From: an uncultured Spirochaetota bacterium
Lineage (GTDB): Bacteria > Spirochaetota > Spirochaetia > SZUA-6 > Fen-1364
Direction: 5' to 3'
DNA: 33,235 bases
Assembly: GCA_963745235.1 (NCBI GenBank)
Contig: CAVUXE010000030.1
Coordinates: forward strand, 1-33,235
Shown: one piece after another, positions 1 through 9,546 of the stretch
Layout: the number at the start of each line of letters is the position of its first letter
Numbering within the stretch: the first letter of the stretch is position 1
Program-made: the position numbers and the translations under genes
Notes under the pieces: generated by a model
What the model was told of the DNA's origin: nothing
Database searches by the model: none
What the model saw: the letters and a program-made list of their open reading frames with translations, nothing else

Positions 1-1
1 T

Positions 2-843
2 TGCGGGAAGAGCTACCAGTCGAAAGGCATCCAGGTCCTCAGTCTAGGATGGAAGCAGCTCTATTCCTCTTTGAAGCCCAAAGACGAACAACCCGACGAA
101 CATGAGCCTCAGGACCAGGATAATAAGACCCTTCCTGCCTTGGTCGAAGGAGAGATCCTCAATACTTTCGATCCGCAAATACTGGAAAAAAAGACCAAGC
201 CCCCCGCACCGTTCACCGAAGCCTCTCTTCTGACTTTCATGGAAAAGAACGGCCTCGGAACGGAAGCAACCCGCGCAGAAATAATAGAGCGGCTTCTTAT
301 CAGAGAGTACACGCTCAGAGTAAAGCGCTCTATCTCAGCAACCGACAAGGGCATTTTTCTTATTCATACGATCCACTAATTCCCGCAGAACGAGTCAAGA
401 ACTTTATCAGCGTTGAAGAAACCGCCAGATGGGAAGCACTTTTGAACAGCTCTCCGGAGGCTTTCTACACATCAATAAAAATCTCCGTCGAACAGGCAAT
501 AGAAAGCCTCCGTAGCCTGGAGCTCCCGGAGTACCAGAAAAAGCCCGTGGGAGTCTGCCCGCACTGTGGCTGCCCTGTGAGAGGCTTCGAGAACTCTTAC
601 AGATGCGACTCACGGAACGGATGCCCCTTTGAAATCCCCAAGAGAATCGCCGGCCACACAATCACGGAAAAGGAACTTGCAAAGATCATCGCCCTTGAGG
701 AAACCCACCTTATTTCGAACCTCAAGAACCAGAGAACCGGAGACAGTTTCAAGGCCAAACTTCGCTACGACCCGAGTCTCAAGAAATTGGTGTTTGTCTA
801 TCCCAATCCCCCCGTCAGCTCTCAAACAGGAGGCAAAACATGA
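2..843 (+). CDS. topB: DNA topoisomerase III (type IA), C-terminal part; runs in from the window edge and is split by a frameshift near 360-376
   Basis: Frame 2 is open from base 2 (CGKSYQSKGIQVLSLGWKQLY...TKPPAPFTEASLL...GLGTEATRAEIIERL...TDKG). Frame 1 continues IPAERVKNFISVEETARWEALL, then a CPHC..C..C Zn ribbon and a Toprim C-terminal-repeat-like tail (FKAKL). These are typical TopB motifs. Confidence 0.88.
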
Positions 844-2044
844 TTCGCAAAGCTCTCAAACGCGGATCTTCTAGCGCTCCCCGCTGGAAGCGGCCCCTTT
901 TCCCAGCTCTCGGCGTCCTTGTCTTTGCTCTTGCCGTTTTCCTCATTCTCGTAGGCGTTATCGGCCTTTCCTCATGCTCTAGCCCGGTGCCGGCCCAGCT
1001 GGCGGGAACAACGGCAACAACGGCAGCACCGGGGAATCTGGCAAGGTCATTAAGACTTTCGCAGGAACAGGCTCGCCCGGATCCACTGGAGACAATGCGT
1101 CCGCTCTCAAGGCCACACTCAACACCCCAATGGGGCTTTACGTTGATAAGCTTGGCTACGTGTACATCGCTGACGCAGGGAACAACGAAGTCCGCTTTGT
1201 CAATCTATCCGGCATCATTCAACCCGCCGCAGGAGAGTATTCACCAGGCTACACCAGTGACGGTGTTGCCCCCACTTCGTCCAAACTCTACACCCCTACC
1301 GCCGTTGCACTCGATCCAAGCGGCAATATGTATATCGCCGACTCCTTTAATGACCGTATAAGGGAAGTCACCAGCACGATCAGCACCTATGCAGGAAACG
1401 GCACTCCCACATTCGCAGGAGACACTGGCCTTGCCACCGCCGCCTCCGTTGCCTTCCCATCCGGCGTTTGCTTTGACACTCAGGGCAATTGCTATATCGC
1501 TGACAGCTCAAACCACCGCGTCCGCGTGGTTTCGGCAAGCACTCTCAAAATCACAACCTATGCGGGAAACGGAACCTCCGGATCCACCGGCAACAACGGC
1601 CCTGCCACCTCCGCAGCACTCATCGACCCCTACGCCGTAGTAATGGACAGCTCTGGCAACCTGTATATCTCTGACTCAACCGCAAACATTGTGCGCAAAG
1701 TCAATTCTTCGGGCATGATCACCACCTACGCGGGAACCGGCACCGCAAACTACAGCGGCGACAACGGTCCCGCAAACCAGGCAGCCCTTGACGGACCGGC
1801 CGGACTCGCACTCGATTCAAGCGGCAATCTTTACATCGCGGACTCCTACAACAATCGAATACGGATGGTGAGCACGAGCGGAACAATCACAACCGTCGCT
1901 GGCAACGGAACTCCTGGCTACTCTCCTGATGGCACGGTGGCAACGTCCGCTTCGCTTTTGGTCCCTATGGGCGTAGCTGTGGATTCCTCTGGAACGATCT
2001 ATATCGCCGATACTGGCAACAGCGTCGTTCGCACCGTGAAGTAA
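840..2044 (+). CDS. NHL-repeat (beta-propeller) lipoprotein, split by a single-base frameshift at about 983-985
   Basis: ORF 840 gives a basic N-region, a hydrophobic stretch and an LSSC lipobox. Adding one C to CCC at 983-985 joins it to frame 2 (PGAGPAGGNNGNNGSTG...), which carries repeated PxGvAvDssGNlYIADs.NnrIR units. Confidence 0.82.
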
Positions 2045-2240
2045 AGAAGGGAGTCCCACGCCGTGGCCCCTCTTTATGGTAACCTCCCCCCAACCCCCCC
2101 CTTTTTTTCCGATCGCTCGCGCGACCGAAGGGGAGGGCTTGAACTCCAAGCGCCGCGGAGTAAAGCCCTGCCGCAGCGCAGTCCAAACCTTCGCGGCGCA
2201 GCACCAGGGACACACTCGATGCCGTGTGTCGAGCGTGTCC
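2045..2240. other. Structured intergenic region (C-rich tract and imperfect hairpins)
   Basis: GGACACACTCGA...TCGAGCGTGTCC inverted repeat at about 2208-2240; C/T homopolymer tract at 2081-2110. Confidence 0.45.
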
Positions 2241-2269
2241 CGCGCCGCGTCTATCACAGGGAGCTTTTT

Positions 2270-2629
2270 ATGCTACCGCTAAACGGCGATTTGATTCTAA
2301 TGCTCGCAGCGTCCCAGGAAGCACAGCAGTATTTCCAGGAAGCTAGCCAAGGACATTTTCAGGACAAAAACTATCACGACCTATGTTACGACCATTCCTC
2401 AGATCAGTTTCTAACACAGACTTTCCACTACAAACACGAATACGAGCCTAATGGACAGCTTCAACCTATATGCCGGATTACAGAGAGCACACTGAAAGAC
2501 TATGAGCAGTTTCTAGGCCAGCCAATGGAGATTTCAAATATGGGCGCGTGGTACAAGTTTGCCTTACATGAGGAACAGATTCTAGAACGAGAATTGACTC
2601 TTGACCAGGAGCCGGAGCTTAAACGCTAG
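2270..2629 (+). CDS. Hypothetical protein (119 aa)
   Basis: ATG at 2270 is preceded by ACAGGGAG. Composition is protein-like, unlike the upstream extension of the listed ORF. Confidence 0.65.
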   Translation: MLPLNGDLILMLAASQEAQQYFQEASQGHFQDKNYHDLCYDHSSDQFLTQTFHYKHEYEPNGQLQPICRITESTLKDYEQFLGQPMEISNMGAWYKFALHEEQILERELTLDQEPELKR

Positions 2630-2649
2630 GTTTGGCAGAACCAAAGCAA

Positions 2650-2900
2650 CTTATTGGGCGCACCCCCCGGGGCGAAAGCCCCAGGGGCGGGCTCTGCGCT
2701 TCAAGTCCTCGCTTGCCTCGAGCGCGAGTACACGCAAGAGGCAAGCTGTGGGCTTTCCGCTGCGATCCCTTGCGCTTCTAACTCGATGCTCTCTCTCTGG
2801 GTTGCCTGGCATTCTCGGCTAGCTGCGCTTCTCCGGCAAATACGGGTTACGAGGGGGGTGATCTGTGATGGCGGGGGGGGCGGGGGAGGGGCGAACTTCG
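2650..2900. other. Structured intergenic region (GAAA-tetraloop hairpin, further inverted repeats, G-rich tract)
   Basis: GGGGC-GAAA-GCCCC at 2669-2682; GCTTGCCTC...GAGGCAAGC at about 2711-2746; G tracts at 2851-2891. Confidence 0.5.
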
Positions 2901-3028
2901 AGTTTTCTGCGGTCGGAGTGAGCGCGGCACAAAAACGGTTGTGGTTGCTTGCGCAAGGAGGAACAAAAGCACTATACAAACGTGGCGAAGATTCTCCAAC
3001 CTTTCTTGCGTTTTCTGCATTTTTTCAC

Positions 3029-3057
3029 TTGACAAAACCAATAGGATGCTATATATT
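3029..3057 (+). promoter_or_regulatory. Sigma70-type promoter for the ardC-like gene
   Basis: TTGACA (3029-3034), 17-bp spacer, TATATT (3052-3057), then RBS AGGAGG at 3067-3072. Confidence 0.75.
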
Positions 3058-3081
3058 ATGTCTCATAGGAGGATGCAGAAA

Positions 3082-3909
3082 ATGACAACTACGGAGAATG
3101 CGAAAAGGCTTTTGAGCGATCTGGTCGAAAGACTGGACACGCAGACGATTGCCGCGTTTTGCCGCAAACGGCTTTTCGCCAGCGAGGCAAATCTCCCCAT
3201 GAACAAATGGAGCCGCCTTAACCAGTTCTCGGCGTTCCTGACCGGCACCAGTGACGCGCGTGGCGTGAATCAGTGGCGGGAGGTTGGACGGTGGCCGCGC
3301 AAGGGCTCCCATGCTTTTTATATCCTTGTGCCGATGTTCCGCACCGTCACCAACGACAAGCAGAGCCACAGCCAGGACGACGACCAGGCCCCGGATGAAA
3401 AGCAGATTCTTTCGGGTTTTCGCTGCATGCCAGTGTTTCGCGCTGAAGATACCGATGGAAAGGAGCTTGATTATCAGATCGCCTTGAAGGCGTTTGACCC
3501 GAGCCGCTTCCCCTTGTATCAGCTTTCCGTCAAAATGGGTGTCACTATTCGCGCGGGACTGACGCAAGGCGCCTACGGCTATTTTACCCCTGACGAGAAA
3601 GCGATTACCCTTGGCACCGACGATCCAACGACTTACTTTCATGAGCTTTCACACGCTATTGACGACGCGCTCCCCAACAAGAACGAGGATTACAACTTCA
3701 ACGAAGTAGTCGCGGAATTGTCCTCTTGCTTCCTTTGCTCGCTCTATAACCTTCCACATCATGAAGAGCATACAAAAGCGTACATCGAATCGTATCAGGG
3801 CAAGAGCCCCGTCGCCTTCCAGATCATGAAGGCGGTTGACCGGGTTCTTGAGATTTATGCTTTTATCGAGTCCTCCGAGCAGGAGCCGACCGAAAAAGCC
3901 GCGCAGTAA
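3082..3909 (+). CDS. ardC: ArdC-like antirestriction protein (ssDNA-binding domain + zincin metallopeptidase)
   Basis: N-terminal WSRLNQ...QWREVGRWPRKGSHAFYILVP...PVF..EDTDG; C-terminal HELSH (HExxH), then EVVAELSS and AYIESY. Confidence 0.8.
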   Translation: MTTTENAKRLLSDLVERLDTQTIAAFCRKRLFASEANLPMNKWSRLNQFSAFLTGTSDARGVNQWREVGRWPRKGSHAFYILVPMFRTVTNDKQSHSQDDDQAPDEKQILSGFRCMPVFRAEDTDGKELDYQIALKAFDPSRFPLYQLSVKMGVTIRAGLTQGAYGYFTPDEKAITLGTDDPTTYFHELSHAIDDALPNKNEDYNFNEVVAELSSCFLCSLYNLPHHEEHTKAYIESYQGKSPVAFQIMKAVDRVLEIYAFIESSEQEPTEKAAQ

Positions 3910-3917
3910 GGGGAACA

Positions 3918-3967
3918 GCGCGGGGGAGGGTAGGAGCCTTCCCTCGCGCGCGGGGGGATACCCCCCG
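3918..3967. terminator. GC-rich hairpins after the ardC-like gene
   Basis: Perfect CGGGGGG-ATA-CCCCCCG at 3951-3967, preceded by an imperfect GCGCG..GAGGG/CCCTC..CGCGC stem. There is no U tract, so the terminator role is uncertain. Confidence 0.35.
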
Positions 3968-3989
3968 TACCCCCGAGAAAGGTTAGGAT

Positions 3990-4631
3990 ATGCTGGAAGG
4001 AACCCCGCAGCTCCCCGTCGGACAGGTCAGCCTTTACGATGGCCTTCCCGACTGGCTCACCAAGGGCCTGGACGACGACACAACAAGACCTGTTACGCTT
4101 ACCGCACTGATTCTCTGCATTGCCCTCGTTGTCGGCTTTCCCGCGCGAGCGAACGCGCAGCAGCAGCCCGCCACTGTCTCTCTTACCCCCGGTACAATGT
4201 TGGAAGTGGGCTTTTCCCCCGGGGGATCCGCCCGCAAGGTCGTGCTTGACGCTGTTGCGTCTGCGAAGGATTCAATTCACGTGGCTTGCTACGAGTTTAC
4301 AAGCCGCCCTATCGCGGAAGCGCTGATAAACGCCGCCAATAACGGGATTAAAGTATCAGTAGTCGCCGATTACAAAGCGAGCTTACAGCGCTACTCACTA
4401 ATCCCTTACATAGAGAAGCACGGCATACCCGTCCGGCGCGACGCTCAACATGAAATTACCCATGATAAGTACCTTGTTCTGGATACGAGCAGCGTTGAAA
4501 CGGGCAGCTACAATTACACAAGTGCCGCAGATAAGGCCAATGCTGAAAACTGCGTAGCGCTCTACGGCGTTCCCTATATCGCTTCGCAATACCTTGCTGA
4601 CTGGCAGAAACTCTGGAACGAATCACGCTGA
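3990..4631 (+). CDS. nuc: Phospholipase D-family (Nuc-like) endonuclease, probably exported
   Basis: EVGFSPGG, a single HxKxxxxD motif (HDKYLVLD), then GSYNYT and NAEN. Hydrophobic signal-like segment ending ARANA. Start uncertain. Confidence 0.85.
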   Translation: MLEGTPQLPVGQVSLYDGLPDWLTKGLDDDTTRPVTLTALILCIALVVGFPARANAQQQPATVSLTPGTMLEVGFSPGGSARKVVLDAVASAKDSIHVACYEFTSRPIAEALINAANNGIKVSVVADYKASLQRYSLIPYIEKHGIPVRRDAQHEITHDKYLVLDTSSVETGSYNYTSAADKANAENCVALYGVPYIASQYLADWQKLWNESR

Positions 4632-4646
4632 ACAGAAGGACACGAA

Positions 4647-4874
4647 ATGCTTAAGGCCCTTGTAAACTGGACAGTCCATCATGAGACGTGCTTCCTCATC
4701 GAAGGCCGTGCTTCAAAAGACCTTATTGACCAGCTCGACGACCAACGTGCTTCAGAACTTGCTGCCGCCGCGACAGCGAGCTTTGACCAAGACGGTTCAA
4801 TCCATACGAGAAGTAGCAGCTTTTCGTACCGACGAAGTATTCAGGGAACAGCAAGCCACCGAAGGAGGGCTTGA
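4647..4874 (+). CDS. Hypothetical protein
   Basis: AGAAGGA RBS before ATG; co-oriented, and its stop overlaps the ssb start. Confidence 0.5.
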   Translation: MLKALVNWTVHHETCFLIEGRASKDLIDQLDDQRASELAAAATASFDQDGSIHTRSSSFSYRRSIQGTASHRRRA

Positions 4875-5320
4875 ACGTGAACGACCTTAATCAGTGTATT
4901 TTGACCGGACGAGTTACGAAAACTCCACTACTCGCCCATACGCCCAAAGGAACTGCCTATTGCGAAATGTCATTGGCTGTCAACCGAACGTACAGAGATG
5001 GCAACGGCGCGGAAAAGAAAGACGTTGCCTTCATTAACGTCATGACCTGGACTACTCTCGCAGAAACTTGCGCGGCGCAAGCCCTGAAGGGAAGCGCATT
5101 GCGCTTGGAAGGCTCGATCAAACAAGATCGTTGGCAGACACCCGAAGGCCCCCGCAGTAGGCTCTACGTCCTAGCGCATCATGTCGAATTCAAGCCCTAC
5201 AGCGGCAAGGACGCACCCCAGGAAGCCTTTGCTGAGAGCGAGCAGCCGCCGGAAGAACTTCCCCCCGCTGCACACGAAGCGGACGCCACGCGGGAAACAC
5301 AGAGGGAGAGTCAGTCATGA
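4871..5320 (+). CDS. ssb: Single-stranded DNA-binding protein
   Basis: LNQCILTGRVTKTP, LAVNR, FINVMTW..LAE, KGS...EGSIKQDRW OB-fold motifs; GGAGGG RBS. The usual acidic DDIPF tip is absent. Confidence 0.92.
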   Translation: MNVNDLNQCILTGRVTKTPLLAHTPKGTAYCEMSLAVNRTYRDGNGAEKKDVAFINVMTWTTLAETCAAQALKGSALRLEGSIKQDRWQTPEGPRSRLYVLAHHVEFKPYSGKDAPQEAFAESEQPPEELPPAAHEADATRETQRESQS

Positions 5321-5505
5321 AGAAAGCCAACCAACAGAGGGCAGCCGAGATGCAATTCCAAAGCCAGCAAGCAATTTTTAAGATCCTGTGCCAGGGTTGT
5401 CCTTATAAAGCTATGCCGGGCGCGCGCGGCAGAATATGCGAAACCGTCGACACGCTTACTGACGTTGACGCGGAAGAAATACCGTCAACACCGCAGACCG
5501 CGTAG
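5317..5505 (+). CDS. Small hypothetical protein (CxxC-containing)
   Basis: ATGA overlap with the ssb stop; GGGAGAG upstream. Confidence 0.45.
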   Translation: MKKANQQRAAEMQFQSQQAIFKILCQGCPYKAMPGARGRICETVDTLTDVDAEEIPSTPQTA

Positions 5506-5509
5506 CGTC

Positions 5510-6136
5510 ATGCAAAACGATAAAGATAAACGAATTGCGGACCTTGAAGCACAGCTCGCGGAGCGCGATATCGTCCTCGATGAGATAAAGCAACGGATGG
5601 CAGAATATGCTGCGCGCATTGAAGCTTTCGACAAAGACTTGTCCAATCTTCGCGCTATGCCGGAAATTCCCACCGTGGTTATTTTTGCGTTCGCAAATTG
5701 CATAGAAAAGATCATTACCGATGTTCCTAATCTTGTATGCGTTCTCCTGGACGACGATCTAGACTCCCTAGGCAGTGTCGGCATTGCTCCCGAGGACATG
5801 CCCTTAGTTCTTGTCCCGCTCCCCGAGGGAAGCGATGTTTGGGCTTACTCATTCGAGAAGGCCCAATATGATCCTAATACTGTTAGCCACATCGTCAGCT
5901 CCACGGGCGTTTCACTGACTGACGTTCTCGACGCTCTCGACGCACTAGAGAATAATGATCAGAGCCTACGAGCCATGAACGCAGAACAGATCCGGATGCG
6001 CTACCCAAGTGCTTCGCAGATCAAACGGGGCCGCATAGTAACGGCGCAGGGGTGCGCCCGCGTGTCGTCAAGCCGAAACAGCGATACGCCAGTGCGGCCT
6101 CTTTCTAACGCAGACAAACTTTTTCTATTCGGCTAA
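5510..6136 (+). CDS. Hypothetical protein with N-terminal coiled coil
   Basis: ATG at 5510; heptad-like RIADLEAQLAERDIVLDEIKQRM. Confidence 0.65.
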   Translation: MQNDKDKRIADLEAQLAERDIVLDEIKQRMAEYAARIEAFDKDLSNLRAMPEIPTVVIFAFANCIEKIITDVPNLVCVLLDDDLDSLGSVGIAPEDMPLVLVPLPEGSDVWAYSFEKAQYDPNTVSHIVSSTGVSLTDVLDALDALENNDQSLRAMNAEQIRMRYPSASQIKRGRIVTAQGCARVSSSRNSDTPVRPLSNADKLFLFG

Positions 6137-6145
6137 TATCTCTCT

Positions 6146-6415
6146 ATGCCAAAGACACGCAAAGCTTCTTCTAAGATCGGCACCAAACGCCGTCCACCGA
6201 AAAGCCCCGCAGCCAAGAAAGTCACCGGCACTGTCCTTAAGATCATCAACGGCAAGCCCTCCAACATCAAGCTTGACGCGGCGGAAGCTTTCAGCGATAT
6301 CGACCAGGCCCGCGCGCAAGTCCTTTATGTCGAGAGGCACGGCACAGCAGAAGAAAAGCGCCTTGTTCGCCTTGCCTTTCGGCAGTATCAGGGCATGAAA
6401 TTTCGCAGCAAATAG
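6146..6415 (+). CDS. Small basic (Lys/Arg-rich) hypothetical protein
   Basis: Co-oriented 89-aa ORF with a very basic N-terminus. Confidence 0.55.
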   Translation: MPKTRKASSKIGTKRRPPKSPAAKKVTGTVLKIINGKPSNIKLDAAEAFSDIDQARAQVLYVERHGTAEEKRLVRLAFRQYQGMKFRSK

Positions 6416-6425
6416 TCCCTCTCTC

Positions 6426-6594
6426 ATGACTCCGGAGCAAATCCGTAGCAGCCGTCTCTATCCGAAGTTTCCCGACGCGCCCGCCGACATCTGGCGCGCC
6501 GCCGTCCGCCGTCCGCGCCGTTGCCGACCGGATCAAAGCAGATGCCAGACAAAGAGCTTGTCTCCATGGGAGGCTCACGGTTAGCATTGCGTAA
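6426..6594 (+). CDS. Possible small ORF containing a 7-bp tandem duplication (GCCGTCC x2 at 6501-6514)
   Basis: MTPEQIRSSRLYPKFPDAPADIWRAAVR; removing the duplication continues as AVADRIKADARQR..., ending at TAA 6594. Confidence 0.3.
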
Positions 6595-6639
6595 TCTTGT
6601 CGCCGTCCAACTAGGGGTAGAGCCCTATGATGGAATGGG

Positions 6640-6950
6640 AAGTTCCTACGGCAATCGAGTCCTGGACATCACGTGGCGCTGACCCAAGGTGGAAGTTTTT
6701 ATGATGCAGTCCCTAGTTTCCTGGAGGGCGTTGATGATCATGGTGGTGGGTGGCTGTATACTGCATTCCTCGATGACCCGGGGACTCCAAGAGGAGGACG
6801 GTAGATGGCCTTCCGCATACTTGTGGCGCCCAAGCGGTGACCACGCGTGAAAGTTTGGCAGGTCACCCACCGCCGTTCCGTACCAAAAACTTGGCACGCC
6901 ACTGGCGATGCCGGATAGTAGTATGGAGTCAACAGCGCCTTCCAGGAAGT
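6640..6950 (+). ncRNA. Candidate IS110 bridge RNA
   Basis: 16-bp stem 6718-6733/6933-6948 and 11-bp stem 6742-6752/6864-6874. Every non-Watson-Crick position in these stems is a G-U pair on the + strand. A further stem-loop with an internal loop lies at about 6877-6927. Confidence 0.6.
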
Positions 6951-6991
6951 CTCCTCGTTTGGATCCAAGGTTTTCGAGACTGGAGGAGGGC

Positions 6992-8089
6992 ATGAGGTAT
7001 CACGGAGTGGATCTGCACAAGAAGTACGCCACGATCTCGGTGCGTAATGAAGAAGGCTCGGAAGAGAAGTTCGTGCGAGCCCAGGCGGACATCAAGGGCT
7101 ATGTCGCGAGCCTAGGCAGTGAAGACGCACTTGTGCTCGAGGCCTCTGCAGGAGCCATGTATTGGGCGGAAAGAATACAGAGCCAGGGGGCCAGCTGCAT
7201 GGTGATCGACGCCTACCGCTTCCGCATCATCCGCGACTCCTGGCAGAAGACGGACAAACGCGACGCTGCCAATCTGTCCCTAGCGTTGTGGCTGGCCTCA
7301 CGAAGCGGGGAGATGAAGCTGCCAGAAGTCTGGCAGCCGGGACCGGTGGTGCGGGAGTTGAGGAGACTATTCGGATTGTATGAGTTGTTGAACAAGCAGA
7401 TCCGTCAGCTGAAAAACGAGATTCACGGGGTGCTGTTGGATAGCGGGGTGAGGGATCATGCGCTGGGCAAGCGCCTTGCGGACAATCCCGCCAAAGCAGA
7501 CGAGCTACTGAAGACGGTGGAACTTTCCGCGGCCAGTCGTGTATGCATCACGACCAGTCTGGCACTTCTGGCGAGCATGCAGGAGCAGAAGGAAAGTCTC
7601 AAACGCGAGATCTACCAGTCGGGCCGGCCGCTGGAGGCCGAATTGAAGCTGCTCATCGGCATCCGCGGGGTGACCCCACTCCTGGCTCTGGTCTTCCTCT
7701 CCGAGGTGGGAGACATCACAAGGTTCAAAAGTGCCCGGCGGCTACAGTCATATCTGGGGACGGTGCCCACGGTGCGCTCCAGCGGCGGGGTGACGCACAA
7801 CGGAGCGATCAACCGACGCAGCCGGGGACTTGCCCGCAGCCTTTTCACCCAGGCGGTGAGCCACTTGGCGGACTCCTCTCCTGTACTGGCTCGGTTCTAC
7901 CGCGAGTTGGCGAGTCGAAAGGGGTACGGGCGAGCTCGTATCGCGCTCCTTCGCAAGGTCTTTTCCATGATGCGCCGAATGCTGTTAGCGGGCGAGCCCT
8001 ATCGCTGGGTTGAGCAGAAGCTCTACGAAGCGAAGCTCAGAGACTACGCGAAGGAGATCAAAAGGTGGGAAAAGGTGCATGCGGCTTGA
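6992..8089 (+). CDS. IS110-family transposase/recombinase (DEDD RuvC-like + C-terminal Tnp domain)
   Basis: GVDLHK, VLEAS, KTDKRDA (DEDD); GDITRFKSARRLQSYLGTVP..RSSGG; RBS GGAGGAGG before ATG 6992. Confidence 0.95.
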   Translation: MRYHGVDLHKKYATISVRNEEGSEEKFVRAQADIKGYVASLGSEDALVLEASAGAMYWAERIQSQGASCMVIDAYRFRIIRDSWQKTDKRDAANLSLALWLASRSGEMKLPEVWQPGPVVRELRRLFGLYELLNKQIRQLKNEIHGVLLDSGVRDHALGKRLADNPAKADELLKTVELSAASRVCITTSLALLASMQEQKESLKREIYQSGRPLEAELKLLIGIRGVTPLLALVFLSEVGDITRFKSARRLQSYLGTVPTVRSSGGVTHNGAINRRSRGLARSLFTQAVSHLADSSPVLARFYRELASRKGYGRARIALLRKVFSMMRRMLLAGEPYRWVEQKLYEAKLRDYAKEIKRWEKVHAA

Positions 8090-8183
8090 CACGCACCATA
8101 GTCGGCGTTTTCGCTGCTCGCAGCGTGCCACCAACGCGTTTTCTCGAAGGGCGGAGCAACTCGAAGCGCGATGGGGGTCTAAC

Positions 8184-8257
8184 GGGGGGTATAAAGACAC
8201 GGCAAGCTCTCGCCGCGTTCGTCCTACGCAATCCTAGCGTGTAGGATTTTGGAGATT
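8184..8257 (+). repeat. ACACGGC-N10-CGCGTT element, copy A (upstream of ankyrin gene 1)
   Basis: GGGGGGTATAAAG ACACGGC aagctctcgc CGCGTTCG ... GATTTTGGAGATT; homologous to the copies at 18966, 20164, 25999(-) and 29150. Confidence 0.75.
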
Positions 8258-8293
8258 TACAGTGAAGCAGGCGTTTGGCCACGGAGGCACAAC

Positions 8294-9358
8294 GTGAAAA
8301 AGAGAATAGTCGTAGTAGTAGCTCTCGCGGTCCTTATGGTAGCTTCGGCGTACGCACAGGCGACGGATTTCTTTGAGCTTGTAAAGGCAGGAACCCCTCA
8401 GACGGTACAGACCGCGATCGACAAGGGCGCGAGGGTGAATGCGCAGGACAAACACGGCAACACTCCCCTCAAATATGCTGCTGAGATGAACCCTGAGGTA
8501 ATTACTACGCTTCTGAAAGCCGGCGCGAACATCAACACCCAAAACAACGATGGTGTGACTGCGCTTATGGCTGCCGCTGAAAAACAGAACGCCGTGGCAA
8601 TCACTACGCTCCTGAAAGCTGGCGCCAACGTCAACACGCAGAATAAAGACGGTGGTACCGCGCTGCTCGTCGCTGCTGGGTACGATCAGAACGCCGAGGT
8701 GATCACTACGCTCCTGAAAGCTGGCGCTAACGTCAACACGCAGAATAAAGATGGCGTGACTGCGTTGATGAATGCCGCTACGAATAACCAGAATGCTGAG
8801 GTAATCACCACGCTCCTGAAGGCTGGCGCCGACATCAATATTCAGGACAAGGCCGGCCAGACTGCGTTGATCTACGCCGCGGCGGCTAACCACAACCCTG
8901 AGGTGATCACCACGCTCCTGAAAGCCGGCGCGGACATCAATACTCGAAACAAGGATGGCGTGACCGCGCTGCTCTACGCCGCCGCGACTAACCACAGCCC
9001 TGAGGTGATCACCACGCTGCTGAAGGCCGGCGCGGACATCAATAACCGGGACAAGTACGGCCAGACTGCGTTGATGGTTGCCGCCGGAAAAAAACAGAAC
9101 GCCGAGATAATCACCACGCTCCTGAAGGCTGGCGCAGACGTCAACGCCTATAGCGACAACGGATCTACCGCATTGATGATTTCGGCTGCCAAAAACCCAT
9201 ACCCCGAGGTGATTGCGGCACTGCTTAAAGCTGGCGCGAACGCCAAAGGGAAGGACCGAGTGGGGAAAACTGCTTATGACTACGCTCGACAAAACGAGAA
9301 GCTGACAGGAACTGACGCCTATCGGCAGCTTGAAGAAGCGTCCAAGCGGGCTCCATAG
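8294..9358 (+). CDS. Secreted ankyrin-repeat protein (signal peptide, N-cap, 8 internal repeats, C-cap)
   Basis: GTG at 8294 after GGAGG; signal peptide ending ASAYA; eight GxTaLmxAA..N.EVITTLLKAGA repeats. Confidence 0.93.
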   Translation: MKKRIVVVVALAVLMVASAYAQATDFFELVKAGTPQTVQTAIDKGARVNAQDKHGNTPLKYAAEMNPEVITTLLKAGANINTQNNDGVTALMAAAEKQNAVAITTLLKAGANVNTQNKDGGTALLVAAGYDQNAEVITTLLKAGANVNTQNKDGVTALMNAATNNQNAEVITTLLKAGADINIQDKAGQTALIYAAAANHNPEVITTLLKAGADINTRNKDGVTALLYAAATNHSPEVITTLLKAGADINNRDKYGQTALMVAAGKKQNAEIITTLLKAGADVNAYSDNGSTALMISAAKNPYPEVIAALLKAGANAKGKDRVGKTAYDYARQNEKLTGTDAYRQLEEASKRAP

Positions 9359-9545
9359 AGTGAGCAAACAATCGGCGGAGAGGAGGTGAGGGCACAGCGG
9401 CTTGACGCGCATCATAGTAGAAGCGTCCAAGCGGGCTCCATAGAGTGAGCAAACAATCGGCGGAGAGGAGGTGAGGGCACAGCGGCTTGACGCGCATCAT
9501 AGTAGAGGAGGTGAGGGCACAGCGGCTTGACGCGCATCATAGTAG
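9334..9545 (+). repeat. Nested tandem duplication (85 bp x2 plus an extra 40-bp copy) ending in an IS110-like right end
   Basis: 9334-9418 equals 9419-9503, and 9504-9543 repeats the last 40 bp. Each unit ends GCGGCTTGACGCGCATCATAGT, versus GCGGCTTGACACGCACCATAGT at 8081-8102. Confidence 0.9.
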
Positions 9546-9546
9546 T

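Larger units (their letters stand above)
6617..8102 (+). mobile_element. IS110-family insertion sequence (ends approximate; GT core proposed)
   Basis: IS110 recombinase gene, long upstream non-coding end, short right end CTTGACACGCACCATAGT, and no terminal inverted repeats. Confidence 0.8.

Noticed and set aside
8294-9358. Diversity-generating retroelement acting on the ankyrin repeats
   Set aside because: There is no reverse transcriptase in the window, and differences between repeats are not restricted to adenines.
8234-9430. 398-aa minus-strand ORF and similar long antisense ORFs (13490-14206, 25380-25874, 31891-33084)
   Set aside because: These are shadows of real genes on the opposite strand, with no motifs or RBS.
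9334-9545. CRISPR array
   Set aside because: The units are exact tandem duplications without unique spacers, and there are no cas genes.
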